DNA from: Bacteroidota bacterium
GTDB lineage: Bacteria; Bacteroidota; Ignavibacteria; UBA10030; SZUA-254
Length of the DNA stretch: 64,000 bases
NCBI GenBank assembly: GCA_049515655.1
Contig: JBEKTW010000007.1
Span: 64,648 to 128,647 of the forward strand
Direction: 5' to 3'
Positions 36,858 through 46,244 of the stretch are shown here, in pieces. The translations under genes and the position numbers were made by a program. The notes beneath the pieces were generated by a model that did not search any database, was not told the DNA's origin, and saw only the letters and a list, made by a program, of their open reading frames with translations. Within the stretch, counting starts at the first letter, position 1, and every line of letters begins with the position of its first letter.

Positions 36858-37088
36858 AGATAAATCCTAAGCACCAAATTCGAAATCCTAAACAAGCTCA
36901 AAACACTAATTTCGAAACCCTAAACCGTTTTGGCAACGATGCGACGGGAAGTTTTCCACATGTCTCGAAGGACAAAAAGCCCCCCCGGCAGAAGTCCTTG
37001 GCTTGGGGCCTTGCGAACGGGTTTAGGATTTAATGCTTCGAGTTTAGGATTTGCTTAGGATTTAGGAATTCGGATTTAGAATTTATCA
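36858..37088. mobile_element. gene-less long inverted repeat built from AAATCCTAA / TTAGGATTT words (relic F)
   Basis: Left arm 36858-36928 and right arm 37016-37088 are imperfect reverse complements. Shares TTCTAAATCCGAATTC (on its reverse complement) with relic E. Confidence 0.6.
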
Positions 37089-37147
37089 CTTTGTATAATG
37101 ACTCTGCGTACCATCAGTTATTAAAGCTATATTTGAGCGACACCATG

Positions 37148-37810
37148 CTAGCCGGTGACAACCGTCGTCGACCTGTGCCGGTCGATCCAGTATCCCCAGA
37201 GCACGAGCAACCATGCGAATGATGAGAAGTAAGCGAGGAACTTCGGGCTGGGCGGAGGCGGGCCGAAAATGTCTGCCAGATATGTCGTGAGAAGAAAAAT
37301 GATCAGCGCCCAGAACGCGACCGTCCCCGTTGCGTCTTTTGACCTTGTAGCCCAGAGGTAAATGAAAATTCCCGCCAGGAAGATTCCCCCCTCGACGATA
37401 ATTGTTCCCACCAGGGAGTTCCACAATCCGAAGCCAACGAGGGTAGTACCTCCGGGATACAGGGGAAGGTCGGCCCGGTGGGTGACGACATCAAGTATCC
37501 AGTGGCTGAAAACTGCGACCCAGAGCCACAGCGCGCCGGCCTTATCTTTGCGGACCCGGTAGTAAACGAAGGAGAACAGCGATGCCCAGACCGCCGTCAT
37601 GAGCAGGCTGTGGGAGAATGGATAATAAACGAACGCGAGAGGTGTGAAAACCGTATTACCGGGGTCGATCTCAACGCGCTCGATTCCCAGGAGAAGAAAG
37701 ACCGGCCAGAGCAGGTCAAGAAACGAGACAGCCATGAAATATGTCCCGAGCGAAGGTCGTGGCGCGATCTTCTTTGCGGCAAGTCCGACGGCGAAGTGAC
37801 CGATGTACAT
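37148..37810 (-). CDS. polytopic membrane protein of unknown function (possibly YdjM/DUF457-like)
   Basis: 220 aa, 6-7 hydrophobic helices, N-terminus MYIGHFAVGLAAKK. Confidence 0.5.
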   Translation of the reverse strand: MYIGHFAVGLAAKKIAPRPSLGTYFMAVSFLDLLWPVFLLLGIERVEIDPGNTVFTPLAFVYYPFSHSLLMTAVWASLFSFVYYRVRKDKAGALWLWVAVFSHWILDVVTHRADLPLYPGGTTLVGFGLWNSLVGTIIVEGGIFLAGIFIYLWATRSKDATGTVAFWALIIFLLTTYLADIFGPPPPSPKFLAYFSSFAWLLVLWGYWIDRHRSTTVVTG

Positions 37811-38151
37811 TCTACGTCCTCATATTATGATGGAATGGTATCGCCTCAAAGTTAAAGAAAGTTCGTTCGCCAGTCAAACGTCGCGGCCATCCGAAAGGTT
37901 GGCGGTTCGTCAATTCCGGTTTGTGTGCTGTGTCCTCCCTTGCTCATTTCAGCGTCCTCGCTGAAATGTCCTGAGCGTGGCTGTACATCCGACCGCGAGG
38001 ACGCGGTCGGGAGCAAGGCCGCGACTTCGAACTGAGGCATTACCGAAAGGTTGAGAATCTTCCAAAGAATTCCTACATTGATGAGATTCTCGAAGCCTTG
38101 CTGTTCTTTCGTCAAATGGTCTCATTTTCCTACTGAATAAAGGGTTGTACC

Positions 38152-39675
38152 ATGGCAATTGTACTGGATGGTTCGGGATTGACTGTCGAGAAGCTTGTCC
38201 GTATCGCGCGCGGGGGTGAAAAAGTCGAGCTTCATCCCGATGCTGTTGAGAGAATTAAGAAATGTCGTGCGATGCTGGAAGAGAAAGTCCTGGCACATGA
38301 AATAATGTACGGTGTCAACACCGGAATCGGAGAGCTCTCGGAGGTTGTGCTGACGGACGAGCAGGTCGGACAATTCCAGAGATACCTTATTTACAATCAT
38401 GCTGCCGGCATCGGCGACCCCGCGCCGGCTGAATACGTGCGCGGCGCAATGGCTGGGAGAATCAACGTCCACGCGCTGGGGCGGTCCGGATGTCGGCCGG
38501 AGATAACGCTCACGCTCGTTGAGATGCTGAACAAGGGCGTTACACCGTTCGTTTGCCAGAAAGGTTCCGTGGGTGCAAGCGGCGACCTTGCGCCGATGTC
38601 GCAGATCGCGCTCCTCATGATGGGGGAGGGAGAAGCGTACTATCGGGGTGAATTGCTGCCCGGTAATGTCGCCCTCGAGCGGGCGGGCATTCCGATTCCC
38701 GGCCTTCGTGCAAGAGACGGACTGGCGACCATCAACGGCTCCAACCTCCTGACGGCGATGAGCGCGATTCACCTCTACGACATCAACCGATGGCTCAAGC
38801 AGGCAGAGATCGCATGCGCGATGTCACTCGAGGCGCTGTTTGCGAATCTGAAACCCTATGACACCCGCCTGCATGAGCTCCGCGGATTCCCGGGAGCCGT
38901 TCGCAGTGCGAAGGCGATCATGGCGTGCATTAAAGGAAGCGACCTTCTCTCGGGCAAAATAAAAACGAAGGTGCAGGACGCCTATTCCATGCGATCGTCA
39001 CCGCAGGTCATCGGCACTGCGCATGATGCCGTCGCTTACGCAAAGAAACAGGTGGAAACGGAACTCAATGGAGTTGCCGATAACCCTATCTTCCTTTGCG
39101 AGAGTAAGCTCACCCTCACCGGAGCGAACTTCCAGGGTTCTCCAGTCTCTCTGCCGATGGATATGGTTGGAGCCGCGGTGACCATGGTCAGTGTCCTCTC
39201 CGAGCGGAGATTGAACAGACTTCTCAATCCGGCATTGAGCGTCGGATTGCCGGCGTTCCTCACGAAAGGCGCCGGCATGTTCTCGGGGCTCATGCTGAGC
39301 CAGTATACCGCCGACATGCTCATCGTTGAGCAACGATTGCTTTCCAGTCCCGCTTCCGTCGGTTCGATTCCCGCCGCGGCGGACCAGGAGGATTTTGTTT
39401 CGATGGGAATGAACACGGCAATCAAGAACGGGCAGATCATCGACAACGCGTACGGCGTATTGGGCATTGAGTGTATCGCGGCTGCCCAAGCACTCGACTT
39501 CCGGCAGTTTACTCCTGGAGCGGGAGTGCGGAAGGCAAAGGAGGTCATCAGAAAACACGTCAAGCATCTCGATGAAGATCGACCGCTGTACCCCGACCAT
39601 ACGAAAATCAAAGAAGTAGTCAAGTCATGCGAGATCCTTGAGGAGGTCGAGACGGCAGTGGGAAGTTTGGGATGA
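38152..39675 (+). CDS. hutH: histidine ammonia-lyase (aromatic amino acid lyase family)
   Basis: 507 aa. MIO-forming GSVGASGDLAPMS; YGVNTGIGEL; NHAAG. No hutU or hutI in the window. Confidence 0.8.
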   Translation: MAIVLDGSGLTVEKLVRIARGGEKVELHPDAVERIKKCRAMLEEKVLAHEIMYGVNTGIGELSEVVLTDEQVGQFQRYLIYNHAAGIGDPAPAEYVRGAMAGRINVHALGRSGCRPEITLTLVEMLNKGVTPFVCQKGSVGASGDLAPMSQIALLMMGEGEAYYRGELLPGNVALERAGIPIPGLRARDGLATINGSNLLTAMSAIHLYDINRWLKQAEIACAMSLEALFANLKPYDTRLHELRGFPGAVRSAKAIMACIKGSDLLSGKIKTKVQDAYSMRSSPQVIGTAHDAVAYAKKQVETELNGVADNPIFLCESKLTLTGANFQGSPVSLPMDMVGAAVTMVSVLSERRLNRLLNPALSVGLPAFLTKGAGMFSGLMLSQYTADMLIVEQRLLSSPASVGSIPAAADQEDFVSMGMNTAIKNGQIIDNAYGVLGIECIAAAQALDFRQFTPGAGVRKAKEVIRKHVKHLDEDRPLYPDHTKIKEVVKSCEILEEVETAVGSLG

Positions 39676-39705
39676 GTGTCGAGGTACCCGCTTCTGTAAA
39701 ATGAA

Positions 39706-39740
39706 AAACCCTGTCCCGAATTCTACCATGGACAGGGTTT
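39706..39740. terminator. bidirectional rho-independent terminator
   Basis: AAACCCTGTCC / GGACAGGGTTT 11-bp stem. T-run on the minus strand (GGGTTTTTCATTTT); GTTTGTT on the plus strand. Confidence 0.7.
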
Positions 39741-39842
39741 GTTGAGAAAACTGTACAATATCTGAAACCGCGCTAGTCTTTCTTCAATGGCGGTCAGCTC
39801 TTTTTCGTCGTGGCTGCGGCACATGAATCCACATTCGGGAGC

Positions 39843-40010
39843 TCATGAGACGGACCTCAGCGGACCCAAGGCCATTTCGACTTTCTTCATCGACTCTTCC
39901 TTTGATTCCTTCTTCATCCCTTGTTTCGCCGCCTCCTGTGCGAGCGCGAACGTGGAGAGGGTCAGGAATAGAACAGTTGCGAGCAATGTCGCAAACAAAC
40001 GTTGCACCAT
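39843..40010 (-). CDS. small secreted protein (55 aa to the TGA); the frame stays open for 39 more codons to 39723
   Basis: Below the 60-aa ORF-track cutoff. MVQRLFATLLATVLFLTLSTFALAQ signal peptide. The in-frame TGA is followed by APECGFMCRSHDEKELTAI. Confidence 0.45.
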   Translation of the reverse strand: MVQRLFATLLATVLFLTLSTFALAQEAAKQGMKKESKEESMKKVEMALGPLRSVS

Positions 40011-40269
40011 AAGATAACTTTTCTTGATGTGAAATTGTTATTGTGGAATGCAGACCGACTTACCATTATTGGTAAGAATGTCAACCGATAGCGTCTCCTT
40101 TTCTGGACATCATATTCGATTAAAGACATGTGAGCCTGATGTGTGTGCTGAAAAGGGCCAAAGCCAGCAAATATGACTTAATTTCAGTATCTTATAATGG
40201 TCGTATAAGGTGTATGGCATGGCACTTTTATTGTATAAGATTGTGTAGGCAGCTAATGGGGATACTAAA

Positions 40270-41121
40270 ATGAAGAACTCAATGCGTTACCGATACCTGA
40301 AATTCCTGGCCATGGCACTTTTGACGACTGCCATTTTCAGCGCGAAGGCGAATGCACAGGATGCATTCTCACCGGAATTGACGTTGACCCTGCTTCGCGG
40401 CACGTGGGAAGCTCACACGTTTTATGACAAATGGACATTGGTTTTCGACTGTGACCACAACATGTTCTTTGACCGCGAGCCGGTGCCGTACACTCTGCTA
40501 CCCGGTGTCATTCGCATACGGGATACCAAAGAGGAATCGGATTATCCGTACAAGCTGGATGGCAACAGTCTCACGCTGACATTGAAGAATGGTTCCGAAC
40601 GGACGTACCGGAGAACCGACCCGGGCGACGCGGAGCAAACGGCGCACGGGATCTTCTATCTCTCCGGTAATGCTCAATCGGCGAGGGCAAGTATCTCCTT
40701 CGATGGAGACCATTCATTCGTCATTTACGATCCTTCCGCCGCTAACAGCGTGAAGAACACTAATGGTATTTATCGTGTGGAAGGAGATGTGGTTGTCCTG
40801 ATATTTGATGATAGCACAAACTATGATGCTAAAATTCGCTTCCATGACGAAGACGGCTCCATTGCAGGCATCATGTACGACGACCAATTGTTTGAAACCG
40901 AGATGCCGGTGCAGACCCGGTCTGTTTCAGGATCGTATACTCCGACATTCGATCCGGGTGGCTATAATCCCCCACCTCCACCATATTTCCCGCCGCCGGC
41001 TGCGCCGACGTACCTTCCAACGGGTGGGGCAATGCCTGCTGCGAGCTCCGACAAAAAGACAGACAATAAGCCGCGCGATTTTGGGAGCACACGGGGGAAC
41101 CCCGGCGGTCGACAGCACTGA
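40270..41121 (+). CDS. secreted protein of unknown function with a Pro-rich C-terminus
   Basis: 283 aa, signal peptide ..AIFSAKANAQ. No family recognised. Confidence 0.6.
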   Translation: MKNSMRYRYLKFLAMALLTTAIFSAKANAQDAFSPELTLTLLRGTWEAHTFYDKWTLVFDCDHNMFFDREPVPYTLLPGVIRIRDTKEESDYPYKLDGNSLTLTLKNGSERTYRRTDPGDAEQTAHGIFYLSGNAQSARASISFDGDHSFVIYDPSAANSVKNTNGIYRVEGDVVVLIFDDSTNYDAKIRFHDEDGSIAGIMYDDQLFETEMPVQTRSVSGSYTPTFDPGGYNPPPPPYFPPPAAPTYLPTGGAMPAASSDKKTDNKPRDFGSTRGNPGGRQH

Positions 41122-41198
41122 GCATGTCCAGCCCATTCGATTGGCGAAGATAGGTGATCCTCTTCTACCACGATGAATATTCCTGAAAGGATTTTCGG

Positions 41199-41885
41199 AT
41201 GAAGTACATTGCGTGTGTAGTGTTCGCCCTTGCGTTACTTGGTTGCCAGGGGACAAAAGAAGACAAGGTGAAGCTGGAAAGCCACAAAGACAGTTTGAGC
41301 TATGCAGTCGGACTCGACATCGGGACGTGGCTGAAAGGCCAGTCACTCGATGTCAATTCCGAGATCGTTACCCGTGCCCTGAGGGACAAGTACTCCGGCA
41401 GCCAGACTGCAATCACAGATTCTGCATCCCGTCTTTTGACGGATGCGCTTCGGAGCGAAAGAAGGGCGAAACATGATGTTGAGCTGAAGGCGCAGGCAGA
41501 GAAAAACAAAAAGGAGGCAGATGTCTTTCTTGCCGAGAATAAGAAAAAACCGGGTGTCGTGACGCTCCCGAGCGGCCTGCAGTACAAGGTTCTCACGATG
41601 GGAACCGGCAGGAAACCGAAGGCATTTGAAAAAGTTGAAGTTAACTACCGTGGAACGTTCATTGATGGATCTGAATTCGAGAATTCCTCCAAACTTGCGC
41701 CGGCGACGTTTTCGCTGAGCGGCGTCATCCGTGGATGGAAGGATGCGCTCCAACTGATGCCGGTCGGGTCGAAATGGGTGCTGTATGTCCCCCCGGACCT
41801 CGCATACGGTGAGATCGGGTCGGGAAACGTCATCCCTCCGAATGCGCTGTTGATTTTTGAATTGGAATTGCTGGAGGTCAAGTAA
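41199..41885 (+). CDS. FKBP-type peptidyl-prolyl isomerase lipoprotein (paralog of 23694-24362)
   Basis: 228 aa. Lipobox LLGCQ; FKBP domain ..VNYRGTFIDGSEFENS..IPPNALLIFELELLEVK. Confidence 0.9.
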   Translation: MKYIACVVFALALLGCQGTKEDKVKLESHKDSLSYAVGLDIGTWLKGQSLDVNSEIVTRALRDKYSGSQTAITDSASRLLTDALRSERRAKHDVELKAQAEKNKKEADVFLAENKKKPGVVTLPSGLQYKVLTMGTGRKPKAFEKVEVNYRGTFIDGSEFENSSKLAPATFSLSGVIRGWKDALQLMPVGSKWVLYVPPDLAYGEIGSGNVIPPNALLIFELELLEVK

Positions 41886-41972
41886 ACCTATCCTCAAGGC
41901 AATACGTTAACTTGAAGCTCTCAGGAGCCCCTCCCAGGTGTCCAGTGAGCGAGTTGTCGTGGAGCGCACGAC

Positions 41973-42896
41973 TTACTTCAGCAAAACCAATTTCCTCACG
42001 GATGAATACGCTTGTGCTCGAAGTATGGCAAAATATATCCCGCTTGGAAAGCCCGCGGCATTCCACATTGCCTGGTACGATCCCGCTTGTTGTTCCTTGT
42101 CTACCAGAACTGTAACGTCTCTTCCGAGCACATCGATGACTTTCAACGTAACGAAACTCTTTGCCGGGATTTGATATCCGATAACGGTAGATGGATTAAA
42201 CGGGTTCGGATAGTTATGAAGCATATCATATGAATCCGTTACGAATTTTCTCGCCGGTGATCCCACCGATGTTACGAGCATGTATGAAGCCAAACGAAAA
42301 TCAATCAAGCCGGCGAAACTCTCCATCCACCGCCTTACCTCCCCGACACCTTTTGCAAACCATGAGCCATTCATACCTCCATCCATGCAACCTGGTTGGT
42401 GTTCAAAAACGTAACAATTGGTAAATGTACCTGCGGGTGTGATGACAGTATCGGTTTTGCTCGTAAGTTTGATTTTTACCCCATAGGTGCAAGAATATTG
42501 GGATGGCAATTCCCAACTGTCCCCAACGTTGGCGCCGAAATTGTATAGCAAGCTTTCAGTACCGTCGGTAGTATCTTCAAGCACATAAACGCTATCGTTC
42601 GATTTCCGCAACCAATCTCTCGATAGTTCCCCGATCGATAAAGCGTAATATAACTGTCCATGAATCCGGGCGGTATCGCTAATTCTCTCCGTATCTGATG
42701 AAGATTGGCTGACATACCTCCACTCATTACCGACTCGTATAGGGAAGTATGAAGAGTCATTCCCCCGGAGCTGTCCTTCGGATTGTTGGAAAGGATACAG
42801 GAAGATCATCAGGCAAATGACGCCTGCGATTCTGAGTGAAAGGGTATGGTTCTTCTTCATGCTTATCCTCCATGGATTGCCTGTGCTCATGTTCAC
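41973..42896 (-). CDS. secreted protein with a T9SS (Por) C-terminal sorting domain
   Basis: C-terminus YPNPFNPSTVIGYQIPAKSFVTLKVIDVLGRDV..LVDKEQQAGSY...WNA...PSGIYF. The true start may be the ATG at 42860 (MKKNHTLSL..). Confidence 0.75.
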   Translation of the reverse strand: MNMSTGNPWRISMKKNHTLSLRIAGVICLMIFLYPFQQSEGQLRGNDSSYFPIRVGNEWRYVSQSSSDTERISDTARIHGQLYYALSIGELSRDWLRKSNDSVYVLEDTTDGTESLLYNFGANVGDSWELPSQYSCTYGVKIKLTSKTDTVITPAGTFTNCYVFEHQPGCMDGGMNGSWFAKGVGEVRRWMESFAGLIDFRLASYMLVTSVGSPARKFVTDSYDMLHNYPNPFNPSTVIGYQIPAKSFVTLKVIDVLGRDVTVLVDKEQQAGSYQAMWNAAGFPSGIYFAILRAQAYSSVRKLVLLK

Positions 42897-43046
42897 GTTT
42901 CATACCCTTAAAGAAGGATCAGAACCCATGCCGACCCATGTCACTATTCTATGTAAGAATTTTCTGAATAATTGTCAATGTCGTTGGGCCCTTTCCATTG
43001 AGAAATCCTCAATCCAGGATCCCTTTGGCCGATTTCTTCATTTTTT

Positions 43047-43075
43047 TTGACATCTCGCCTAGAAACTACTATATT
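43047..43075 (+). promoter_or_regulatory. sigma70-type promoter of the spmA-like operon
   Basis: TTGACA (43047-43052), 17-nt spacer, TATATT (43070-43075). Confidence 0.6.
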
Positions 43076-43153
43076 GGTGTCATTCCTTTTACTTCCGGCT
43101 ATCAATAGAGTGGAATGTAGTTGATTGGTCGATTCTGAATTTAAAAACCGCCT

Positions 43154-44152
43154 ATGTTAAACTACATTTGGCTTGCCCTGATTGTCATCGGGATCTCTGT
43201 TGCCTTCTTCGGAGATGTGCACGATATCTCGACGAATAAGTACCACAATGGAGAAGAATTTCCCGGGAGCATTGATTTCCGGGGCGCTCCCATACCTTTC
43301 CTTGAAAAATCAAACAAGTATACCTGCTATCTTTCGGCAACTTCGGAACACCTTGGAACACAACAACCGTTTGAATCGAATCGGGAATACGTTCTGAAAG
43401 CAGAGCTCCTGCCGAATCTGGCGGACGGCGGGGTCCTCCACATTTTTGCCGACGACTCTTTCCCGGCACTGTGGAGAGAGATCATGAAAGGACAGGGCAG
43501 CACAGAGTATCTTACGGCGACTGCCCGCTGGGATTCCATCGACCATCGTGGGACTAAACTCCCCGTGCAGTTCCGGCTAGACCCGGCTAAGTTCCTGCGG
43601 CTTAACTCGGTCGTCAATGACGGCGTCGTTAAATCGGCAAAGACCGCGGTCGAGCTTTGCATCGGACTCATCGGCATCATGGCGCTGTGGCTCGGCATCA
43701 TGAGGATCGCGGAGCAATCCGGACTCATGGCGAAGATAGCTGGCGCGCTCAAACCTGTCATGAGACGATTATTCCCCGATGTGCCTCCGGAGCATCCGGC
43801 AATGGGCGCGATGATCATGAATATTTCCGCGAACATGCTCGGTCTTTCCAACGCTGCAACACCGTTCGGTCTGAAAGCGATGGAAGAGCTCAACAAACTC
43901 AATGCAAAAGCAGGCACAGCGACCGATGCGATGTGCACGTTTCTCGTCATTAACACGAGCAATGTGCAGCTTGTCCCCACAACGGTCATTGCAATCCGCG
44001 CGGCGGCAGGCTCGGCGAACCCGGCGGAAATCCTGGGCCCGGTTTTGGTTGCGACCTTTGTGTCGCTCGTTGTTGGAGTGACAACGGCCAAGCTCCTGGC
44101 GAAGTTGCCTGTTTACAGGCGGCAGATTGAAAGGACAAAGAATGAGCAATGA
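43154..44152 (+). CDS. nucleoside-recognition (Gate) domain membrane protein, SpmA-like, with a ~125-aa insertion after TM1
   Basis: MLNYIWLALIVIGI.. N-terminus, and ..ELCIGLIGIMALWLGIMRIAEQSGL...LFPDVP..HPA.GAM.MN.SANMLGL.NAATP. Confidence 0.75.
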   Translation: MLNYIWLALIVIGISVAFFGDVHDISTNKYHNGEEFPGSIDFRGAPIPFLEKSNKYTCYLSATSEHLGTQQPFESNREYVLKAELLPNLADGGVLHIFADDSFPALWREIMKGQGSTEYLTATARWDSIDHRGTKLPVQFRLDPAKFLRLNSVVNDGVVKSAKTAVELCIGLIGIMALWLGIMRIAEQSGLMAKIAGALKPVMRRLFPDVPPEHPAMGAMIMNISANMLGLSNAATPFGLKAMEELNKLNAKAGTATDAMCTFLVINTSNVQLVPTTVIAIRAAAGSANPAEILGPVLVATFVSLVVGVTTAKLLAKLPVYRRQIERTKNEQ

Positions 44153-44648
44153 GCGTGGAGCCGTGAGATGTGTGCTAGAACTGGAGAAAGCCGCGGTAGG
44201 CATAAAGACAGGCGGCTATATACGAACAAAACAAACGAATCATCGGGGGGTCCTATGTTCAGATTTGAGAACCTTGAAATTTGGAAAAGATCAATCGAGA
44301 TAACGGATAAAATGTTTGATCTGGCAGATCGACTCGAAGAGATGAAAAGATTTAGGTTTGCGGAACAGCTCCGGGGAACTGCGTTGTCAATCACCAACAA
44401 CATTTCCGAGGGTTCGGGAAGTTCTTCGAGACGTGAATTTCGTCAATTCTTGAATTATTCCCACAGATCAGTTTTTGAAACTGCCAACATCCTGATCGTT
44501 TGCCATCGGCGTAAGTACATCGGCGACAAGGAGCGGGACGATCAGCTACAGCAACTCGAAGAAATTAGCAAAATGGTTACCGGCTTCTCAAAATCACTTT
44601 AGTCTTTGTACCGATACTCAACGCCCATAACTCAAAGCTCATAGCTCC
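44153..44648 (+). mobile_element. four-helix-bundle gene cassette C splitting spmA-like and spmB-like genes
   Basis: Fills the whole spacer. Terminal pairing GGAGCCGTGAG (44157-44167) with CTCATAGCTCC (44638-44648): 9 Watson-Crick pairs, one G.U pair and one mismatch. Confidence 0.6.
44255..44602 (+). CDS. four-helix-bundle protein (TIGR02436 / 23S rRNA IVS protein family)
   Basis: Internal ATG 44255: MFRFENLEIWKRSIEIT..; motif ITNNISEGSGSSSRREFRQFLNYSHRSVFE. Confidence 0.85.
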   Translation: MFRFENLEIWKRSIEITDKMFDLADRLEEMKRFRFAEQLRGTALSITNNISEGSGSSSRREFRQFLNYSHRSVFETANILIVCHRRKYIGDKERDDQLQQLEEISKMVTGFSKSL

Positions 44649-45182
44649 ATGCTCAACGTCATCGAGATACTTTCCATCCTTGCCATTCCCGCGATCATAC
44701 TTTTCGTGGTTCTCTATGGAGCGGCGAGGAAGGTTAGAATCTACGAGGCGTTCGTCGAAGGCGCGAAGGAAGGCTTCAATGTGGGTGTGCGCATCATCCC
44801 GTATCTGGTTGCCATGCTCATTGCAATCGGAATTTTCCGTGCAGGCGGAGCGATGGAAATACTCTCGTCAATTCTATCGCCTATTACCCGCCTCATCGGC
44901 ATGCCTGCCGAGGCGATGCCGATGGCGCTCATCAGGCCGCTCTCGGGAAGCGGGGCTCTCGGTGTGATGTCGGAAACCATCAAGACAAACGGACCCGATT
45001 CGCTCATTGGGAGGATGGTCTCGGTGATGATGGGGAGCAGCGAAACGACGTTTTACGTCCTCGCAGTGTACTTTGGCGCGGCAAGTATTACAAGAACGCG
45101 CCAGGCAGTCCCCGCCGGGATCGTCGCCGACGTTGTTGCCGTTCTCATGTCGGTTTGGCTGGTGAATTTGATTTTTCACTAA
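44649..45182 (+). CDS. nucleoside-recognition domain membrane protein, SpmB-like
   Basis: 177 aa. ..VEGAKEGF.VGVRIIPYLVAMLIAIGIFR..GAM..L; RPLSGSGALGV. Confidence 0.75.
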   Translation: MLNVIEILSILAIPAIILFVVLYGAARKVRIYEAFVEGAKEGFNVGVRIIPYLVAMLIAIGIFRAGGAMEILSSILSPITRLIGMPAEAMPMALIRPLSGSGALGVMSETIKTNGPDSLIGRMVSVMMGSSETTFYVLAVYFGAASITRTRQAVPAGIVADVVAVLMSVWLVNLIFH

Positions 45183-45190
45183 TCCTTGCT

Positions 45191-45219
45191 TGATTTTTAG
45201 GCCGCTCTTGCCTATATTC
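45191..45219 (+). promoter_or_regulatory. sigma70-type promoter of the proline dehydrogenase gene
   Basis: TTGATT (45191-45196), 17-nt spacer, TATATT (45214-45219). Confidence 0.55.
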
Positions 45220-45297
45220 AGCAGACCTATTGTGATCACTGATGACCATTCGAATTCATACAATGACTCTTCACTCTGAAGTACATTCCTTTCCCCT

Positions 45298-46215
45298 TTG
45301 AACATGAACATTCTCAATAAACTTATCGTCGCTACTATTCCCGCTGTTCCCAGGCCGGTGGTCCGGTATTTTGCCAGTCGCTATATTGCGGGCGACCGGC
45401 TTGAAGACGCCGTGCGTGTTGTCAAGCAGCTCAACGCTGATGGCGTGTTGGCGACGGTGGATGTGCTGGGGGAAGATATCCATCGCAGCGAGGAAGCAGC
45501 CGCGGCGCGCGACAACATTCTTGAGGTCTTGAACTCGATATCGAGGGAGCGACTTGGCGCGAATATCTCCATCAAGCTTACTCAATTAGGATTGAAGCTT
45601 GACAAGGATTTTTGTCTCGAGAACGTCCGGGCGATCCTCCGATTGGCGAAGGTCTTGAGCAACTTCGTCCGCATCGACATGGAGGATTCCTCCTGCACGG
45701 ACGATACGATCTGGGTCTACCGCCAGATCAGGAAGGAGTTTTCGAACAGCGGTATCGTGCTCCAGGCGAAACTCCGCAGAACCGAGGACGATGCGGCATC
45801 AATGATGCGAGACGGGATGAACGGTTTTCGTCTCTGTAAAGGTATTTACATCGAGCCGGAGAGGATTGCTTATGTCGACCGCGACCAGCTCAATCAGAAT
45901 TTCCAGCGCGTTCTCGAAGTGATGTTCAAGCAGAAAGCCTATGTCGGCATTGCCACGCACGACGATGCTCTCATCGACGCCGCATGTAAGCTCATCGACA
46001 AGTATAAGCTTCAGAAAAACGAATATGAATTCCAGATGCTTCTCGGCGTCCGGCCGGAGTTGTGTGCAAAGCTCCATCGCGACGGGCACCGCGTCCGCAT
46101 CTACGTTCCGTTCGGCAAACATTGGTACCAGTACTCTATCAGACGGTTTAAGGAAAATCCGCAAATTGCAGGATATGTTTTCAAAGCGTTGTTTTCCCGA
46201 AATCAACTCAACTAA
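45298..46215 (+). CDS. proline dehydrogenase (monofunctional PutA-like)
   Basis: 305 aa. PRODH-family C-terminal pattern RIYVPFG.HWYQYSIRRFKENP. Confidence 0.85.
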   Translation: MNMNILNKLIVATIPAVPRPVVRYFASRYIAGDRLEDAVRVVKQLNADGVLATVDVLGEDIHRSEEAAAARDNILEVLNSISRERLGANISIKLTQLGLKLDKDFCLENVRAILRLAKVLSNFVRIDMEDSSCTDDTIWVYRQIRKEFSNSGIVLQAKLRRTEDDAASMMRDGMNGFRLCKGIYIEPERIAYVDRDQLNQNFQRVLEVMFKQKAYVGIATHDDALIDAACKLIDKYKLQKNEYEFQMLLGVRPELCAKLHRDGHRVRIYVPFGKHWYQYSIRRFKENPQIAGYVFKALFSRNQLN

Positions 46216-46244
46216 TCTTTAACGAAACGTAAAAGGAGACTTCA

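Noticed and set aside
39355-39385. GGTTCGATTCCCGCC, a T-arm-like motif suggesting a tRNA
   Set aside because: It lies inside the well-supported hutH reading frame (..ASVGSIPAAADQ..) with no other tRNA arms.
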